Source: Octopus vulgaris (Eukaryota). Taken from it: DNA of 64,000 nt. The stretch is taken from the NCBI GenBank assembly GCA_951406725.2, contig OX597833.1, forward strand, positions 72,230,001 to 72,294,000, in the 5' to 3' direction. The notes beneath the pieces are model-generated. The model saw only the letters and a program-made list of their open reading frames with translations, was not told the origin of the DNA and did no database searches. Position numbers and translations under genes: made by a program. Below are positions 57,861-64,000 of this stretch, one piece after another (the stretch's first letter is position 1; each line of letters opens with the position of its first letter).

Positions 57861-58549
57861 ACACAATATATTTGAGGAAATCTTGCTTGAGAAATTCATT
57901 TCCTGTTTTAAATATCAGAAAATTACAATTGCATTTCTTCCCTGAATTAATATTTCATCAATTTTGCTTGTCTTTTTCACTGCCTTTCTTTCCTCTCATC
58001 TCATCTTCTTCTTCACTCAGTTATTCCTGAGAGGGTTGTCGGGGTAAAATCCTCAAGCTTGTCTTCCATCGAGGCCTGTCAGACGCAGTCGTCTCCAATT
58101 GATCCAGCTGTATCCCTAAACAAGACAAACCAAGTTCATGGACGTTATCCACCCATCTTGCTCATGGTCTACCCTTGAATCTCCTGTTGGTTGGGTGTGC
58201 CCATAAAACCTGTCAAGCGATTCTTTTCTGAGACATTCTTATCACATCTCCATAGCATCAGAGCTGTGATCTCTCAATTTGGAAAAGTAGGGGCTCAAGT
58301 TGGAGCACCTCTCTGATCTTCAAAATATGCACTCTATCAAGTTTAGTTACTCCAAAGACTTTTCAGAGGACTCCCATGTCTTCCACATGTTTTCACAATC
58401 ATATTCTTTGGGTCATTTCCCAAACATAGGTAAGAGGAGGCACAAACACTGAATTGAAAGTAATGGCTCTCGCTTTTACACCCACCCACCTGCCTTCTTC
58501 GGATGACTGAGATGTTAAAGGTCTGAGACAGAAAAGATCTTCTCTGGCT

Positions 58550-58850
58550 GACTTGTGTGTGTCTAGTGGCCTGGATCCCTGGAAAGGCACCTAAGCTGTG
58601 GTACTTGGAAAAGATAATCCCAATTTTGCAAACGAGAAACAAGAGAAATTGCTCTAATTATATAAGAATCTCCTTGTTAAGCCTTCCTAATAAAATATAT
58701 GTTGGATGTTTGGTGAAGAGATGTAGGAATATTGTTGAGTCCAAGCTGTGTGGTTTATACCCTGGACACAGCTCAGGGGATGGAATATTCACACTGCAGC
58801 AGCAGACCATGGGGGTATGGCCTAGAGGTGTACGTTTATTTTCTATCACC
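58550..58850 (+). mobile_element. LINE reverse-transcriptase N-terminal fragment
   Basis: IIPI...CSNYIRISLLSLPNKIY. Confidence 0.65.
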
Positions 58851-59379
58851 ATTTAAAAATTATTCTTGATTTTTTTTTTTTTTTTCTTTTTCAGTCAAAT
58901 TCTCTGTTTCCCTGTTTGTTTTCATAACACCCCATTCAGTTATGAAAGTCCTACCAATAATTATAAAGCTTATGTTTCAGGCCTGCTTATTCCTTTCCTT
59001 CTGTATTTACATTTTCATTGCTTTCTCCCCTTCCAATGCACAATGTCATTTCATCTGTAATCCAAGGTTGAACAATTGGCCCACCAGGTAAATAAACCCA
59101 TCAATATTTTATTCTCTGTTCTATGTTTACATCACTATTCCATAACTTCTATAAATTGTTGTTGCAAAAGATTGGTCACACATCACATCCAATATAGTAG
59201 CTATGCCCCCAACTGATATCATCTGACCCTGTCACACCAATCAGACTTTCTTTCATTTCATGTTTCACATTGTAAATACCTTGCCTGATGCCCTTCCTGT
59301 TGCCAACCCTCACCTGTTTCCAAGCAAGGTAGAATTTCTAGGTCCCACTCTAGAAGCTTCTGCTGTTACTACTGGTCTC

Positions 59380-60830
59380 CATTCTTTGTCATGTGCTGCA
59401 AGGTTGTGATGTTGTGACCTATCCAGTCCTTGATGTTGTCAGGCCAGGATTTTCTCTGTCTCGCTTTCGCCCTCCCTCTACAGTGTGCAGAAATATGGTT
59501 TTGGTGAGATACATGACTGTACAAAGCAAGCTTTTATCTGTTCACCTGTGCAAGGAGTGGTTCCTGTCTGCCAGCATATTGGTTGACTTGCTGCCTGATA
59601 AAGCTGTTTGTTTTGAGTTCTGTGTAAGAGATGCGTAGCAGCAGCACTTGCACTCAAATACCTGGATTCTTCATTTCATGTCGGCTGTTAGTGTCTAACT
59701 CCCCAAACCCATTCAGAAGGATCAAAAGTCACCAGGCTCTTGTACAGAGTCAGAAAACTAATGGAGTTGCTTTTCCAAATGGTGTTCAGCTTCATCATGG
59801 CAGCAGAGCCTAAACTGAGCCTTGTTGCTCCCTCCTTTTGAGATCCACCAACCTTGGTCAGAGTGGATCCTAAGTACTTGAAGGTGACTGCTTCACCAAG
59901 TCTCTCTTTCCATTCAGTGTGATGCTGGTTGTTATTATTAACCAGGATCTTTCTCTCTTTTTTGGACTAATCTCCATCCTGTATGCTCCTGATACTTTTC
60001 CCAATCTGGTGGCAAGAACCTAGAATTTGGCTCCTCTACTTTCTAATAGGTCAATGTCATCAGCAAAGTGCAGGTTGGAAATGAGCCGCTCTCCAATGGA
60101 GACAGAGGAGAGGTGGGGGTGGAAGTTTTGAAGTGTCTCTTGCATGATGTTCTCCAGGGAAGATAATGTAAAGCAGTGGAGAGAGGTTGCATCCTTGTCA
60201 AATAGCCATTGTTATCCTCAAGAATTTTCTGATGTTGCTGTTCAGGAGAATTACCCTGTGTGAGTTTTCATGCAGTTCTTGGGATACTTCTTTAAGGTTG
60301 ATGTCAAAGTTGTAATTCTTCAGCACCTACCACAACCCATCATGCCAAACATGACCACCAAACACCTTTTTTGAAGTCGTTAACAGAGGTCGGTCGGATT
60401 GGTGCTGCAGATGTTTGTCAGTGAGCAACCTGATACCTGCTCCACAGTTCTCCGCTTGGGCGTAAATCTTCTGTAAGGATTTCTTGCAGAACTCTTAGCT
60501 ATACTTTGCAGGGGTAGCTAATTAGGCTGATTGTTCTATAATTTCTGTTAGAGCCTTAAGTAGTTTTTCTTGGGAATGGGTACCATGAGTGATTGGGTTC
60601 ACTCCTTTGGTCACTGCTTCATCTCCCATATCTTCTGACAGGTAACAGCTTTGGCCCTCCATGTTTTAAGAAATCTGATCAAATGTTTTCTACTCTGAGG
60701 ACTCCCCATCTTTGAGCAACCACCCTGTCTCTTTGACTTCCTCTTGGAAAATTGGAATGTCTCCAAGTTCTCTGTTGTTTCTGGAATTGTCCAAGATGTT
60801 GATGTCATGTATGAGTTTGTGATTGTAAAT
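59380..60830 (-). mobile_element. Second LINE family (RTE-like), decayed RT
   Basis: Minus strand NLHFADDID and FKYLGS remnants. Confidence 0.7.
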
Positions 60831-61385
60831 GTCTTGCACAGGTAAGGTCAGTTTTGGTGTGGTTTTTACAGCTGGCTGCCCTTCCAAATGCCAACCACTT
60901 TGCAGTGTGGACTGGGTGCTTTTTAAGTGGCACCTGCACTGGTGGTGGTGGTGGTGGGTCACTGAGTGACTTTGCAAGACAAAGAATTTTTGAGAGGAGA
61001 GGAAACATTGGAGGAGGTGGTCTTGTGTTAGATGATGAAAAAAGATTAGAGTGTGACAGAGGGGCAGAAACGGACGTCTTGCTGTAGAAGAGGTCCATGG
61101 TTACCCAACCAGAGAGAGAGAGAGAGAGAGAGACAGGAAGAGAAGAGTGAGAGAGAAAGAGATTGAAAATTAACAAGAATGAAGGCAGAAACAGTTACCT
61201 AGAGAGGGAGTGAGAGTTATGTAAGTATGTATACAGACACACACACACACACACACAATTGGAGTGGACAAATAAAACTTTAAGCTGTATGGGGCTGAAT
61301 AAAGTATTTTAAATAATAATAATAGTAATAATATATTTATAATTATAAAGCAGAAGAATGGAGTGCAGCAGTCCTTTTATTCTCT

Positions 61386-61512
61386 CAATTTACAATTGTT
61401 TCATTGAAATTCAATCTCGTGAATATTACTATATTATGCAATAGTACGAGCAGCTATTTATTCATGAGGTGTTACTTCCACGACACATCCCAGACTCAAC
61501 TCATCAGAATTA
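61386..61512 (-). ncRNA. Candidate minimal type I hammerhead ribozyme
   Basis: Minus strand TAATT-CTGATGA-GTTGAG...TTCAAT-GAAAC-AATT-GTA-AATTG; all three stems pair. Confidence 0.65.
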
Positions 61513-61679
61513 TGCATAAAATTCATGTGCAAATGAATTTTAGACACATACTTGTGGATTTCCAGGCATGTGTTTGAAACAATCTCAGATTATCTGACAT
61601 CCTGTACCGTGGGATGAACTTTGTAGGGTACACACCAGCGTTAATACCCAAATGTAATTATATATATATATATAATTTC

Positions 61680-61716
<37 letters not shown>

Positions 61717-61843
61717 CATACATACATACATACATATATTTGTGTATATGTATGTATATATATAAATACATAGACACACACATATATAGATACATATACA
61801 TAGATATATATGTGTATGTATGTATCAATACATGAGTGTGTGT

Positions 61844-61880
<37 letters not shown>

Positions 61881-61889
61881 AGAGACAGA

Positions 61890-62400
61890 CAGACAGACAG
61901 TGGAGGCGAGGCGTATGCCAGAAGTTTGTCATGCACAGGCAATTTAATTTTAAAAGCTTATTTACTGTTGTGGCAAGTAGGATAAAATGGCGGTGGGGAG
62001 GCAGACAGACGGACAGGCAGACGGGCAGGAAAAAAAGAAAGAAAGAAAGAAAGGAGATTCTGGGGGAGAAGAAAGAGGTGAATAAAGAACAGTGAGAGGG
62101 GGGGGGAACTGGAGTAGGTAGCAGTGAGAGGAGACAATAGCGTCCCTGAAAGCAGGGAGGAGAAAGGGAGAGAAAAAAAATATAGGAGAAAGGATATGGA
62201 AGAAGGGAAAGAAAGAAGAGAAGCAGGAGGCAGAAAGATGTAGCGAAGGAGGAGGAAGGGGACAAAGAGAGAAGAAGGGGAAAAATAGCCGTGTTGTTGT
62301 TGATGAAGGTTTCTCCTTAACCGAACGTTGTCTCACGTTTATTGGCGTCGTTGGCAGGTGGTCGGATGACAACGACGCCCACCTCTCTCTCTATCTATTT
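61890..62400. promoter_or_regulatory. Possible promoter/first-exon region, CpG-enriched with a long purine tract
   Basis: AAAATGGCG (YY1-like) near 61984; CpG cluster 62290-62380; not similar to repeats elsewhere in the window. Confidence 0.3.
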
Positions 62401-62734
62401 CCTTTCTCCTCCACCACCACAACCTCTACATACACCTATTTCTCTTTAGGCATCTCTCTCTCTCTCTCTCCTTCTCTTTATATATAGACGTGTGGTGGTG
62501 GTGCTGTGTGTGTGTGTGTGTACATACACACGCATGTATGTCTAAGTGTACAATCACGCACCTTTCAATCTACAGCAAATCATATTTCTCTTTCCTGTCT
62601 TAAATGTGGTTTTTTTTTTTTGTCTCCTTTTTGTTTCCGAAATTCATTTGTCTCTTTTTTCTCTTTACTTTCTTTGATATCTCTCACCCCCCCCCGGTGT
62701 GGCTGTGGCTGTGGGTGGGTGTGTTCTTTTATCC

Positions 62735-63104
62735 TTTTATTTGTTTCAGTCATTTGACTGCGGCCATGCCGGAGTACCGCCTTTAGTCGAACAAATCGAC
62801 CGCAGGACTTATTCTTTGTAAGCCTAGGATTTATTCTACCGGTTCTTTTACCGAACCGCTAAGTTACGTTGATGTAAACAAACTAACATCGGTTGTCAAG
62901 CGATGATGGGTAGACAAACACCGACATACAAATACACACACACACACACATATGACGGGCTTCTTTCAGTTTCCGTCGAACAAATCCACTCACAAAGCTT
63001 TCGTTGACCCGCAGCTATAGTAGAAGACACTTGTCCAAGGTGCTACGCAGTGGGACTGAACCCAGAACCATGTGGTTCATAAGCAAGCTACTTACCACAC
63101 AGCC
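62735..63104 (-). mobile_element. tRNA-derived SINE family A
   Basis: Reverse complement of the 17290-type sequence. Confidence 0.85.
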
Positions 63105-63131
63105 TATCTATCTATCTATCTATCTATCTAT

Positions 63132-63171
<40 letters not shown>

Positions 63172-63569
63172 CAGGAGTGGCTGTGTGGTAATTTGCTTAT
63201 CAACCACATGGTCCTGGGTTCAGTCCTACTGCATGGCACTTTGGGCAAGTGTCTTCTACTATAGCCTCAAGCCGACCAAAGCCTTGTGAGTATATATGTG
63301 CTGTATATATATATATATATATATATATATCATCCAAATCAAATTTTGTTATCTTACCGTTTTTACCAATATATATATATATATATAAAGGGAAAGTTTA
63401 TGAAAATAAACAAACGACGAAGGCAGGTGGAGTACAAACAAACAAATGTATTAGTATGGCGCTCAGGAATAGAAAAAGTCTTTTATGTTTCGAGCCTACG
63501 CTCTTCGACAGAAAAAAACATGGAGAGAAAAAAATGCGTGTAGGAGCTAACGATCTATCATATGTGTGT

Positions 63570-63820
63570 GGAGGCACGAGGCTTAGTGGTTACAGTGTCA
63601 GCACCATGATCGTAAGATTGTGGTTTCGATTCCTGGACTGGGCGACGTGTTGTGTTGTTGAGCAAAACACTTCATTTCATGTTGCTCCAGTCCACTCAGC
63701 TGGCAAAAATGAGTAACGGTGCGATGGACTGGTGTCCCATCCAGCTGGGGAACACATACGCCATAGAAACCGGGAAACTGGGCCCATGAGTCTGGCTAGG
63801 CTTTAAAAGGGTGCATTTAT
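63570..63820 (+). mobile_element. tRNA-derived SINE family D
   Basis: ggcttagtggtta box A, ggtttcgattcc box B, gcgatggactggtgtcccatccag body. Confidence 0.7.
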
Positions 63821-63824
63821 TTAT

Positions 63825-63873
<49 letters not shown>

Positions 63874-64000
63874 ATAATAATATTAGGGAGTAAATCCAAA
63901 CTTACAGGGAAAATTTAGATTTAGGATTAAATCAAATTTCACAGTATAAATATAAATTAAATTAAAGATAAAACCACTATTAGGCAAATCAAACAGTGAA

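Noticed and set aside
63480-63515. CTGTCGA-A-GAGC-GTAG-GCTC-GAAAC-ATA (minus) as an active hammerhead
   Set aside because: Core A6 is substituted and there is no stem III; at best a variant or relic

Overview
Eukaryotic, AT-rich, microsatellite- and retroposon-rich DNA. The SINE/RTE repertoire looks like a coleoid cephalopod, most likely Octopus (recognised by eye, not searched). Positions 322-45358 (+) hold 27 coding exons of a long-type ABCC/MRP1-like ABC exporter. All introns are GT-AG, phases are consistent, and the exons sum to 4254 nt (1417 aa plus stop). The N-terminal exons lie upstream of the window. The predicted substrate pocket is strongly diverged from vertebrate MRP1. Introns and the downstream 19 kb are packed with decayed RTE, CR1, RLE-type and Penelope-like retroelements, tRNA-derived SINEs, Tc1/mariner and hAT remnants, and one Helitron. 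Almost all short ORFs in the supplied track are repeat artefacts. The main unannotated signal is a set of minimal type I hammerhead-ribozyme motifs (CUGANGA...GAAA-palindrome-NUH) in apparently unrelated repeats. One sits exactly at the apex of a ~380-nt rod-like foldback element (49187-49565). Other oddities: a 512-bp intronic palindrome, an ectopic copy of an exon 3' end with its splice donor, and a cryptic 14-bp-period array.
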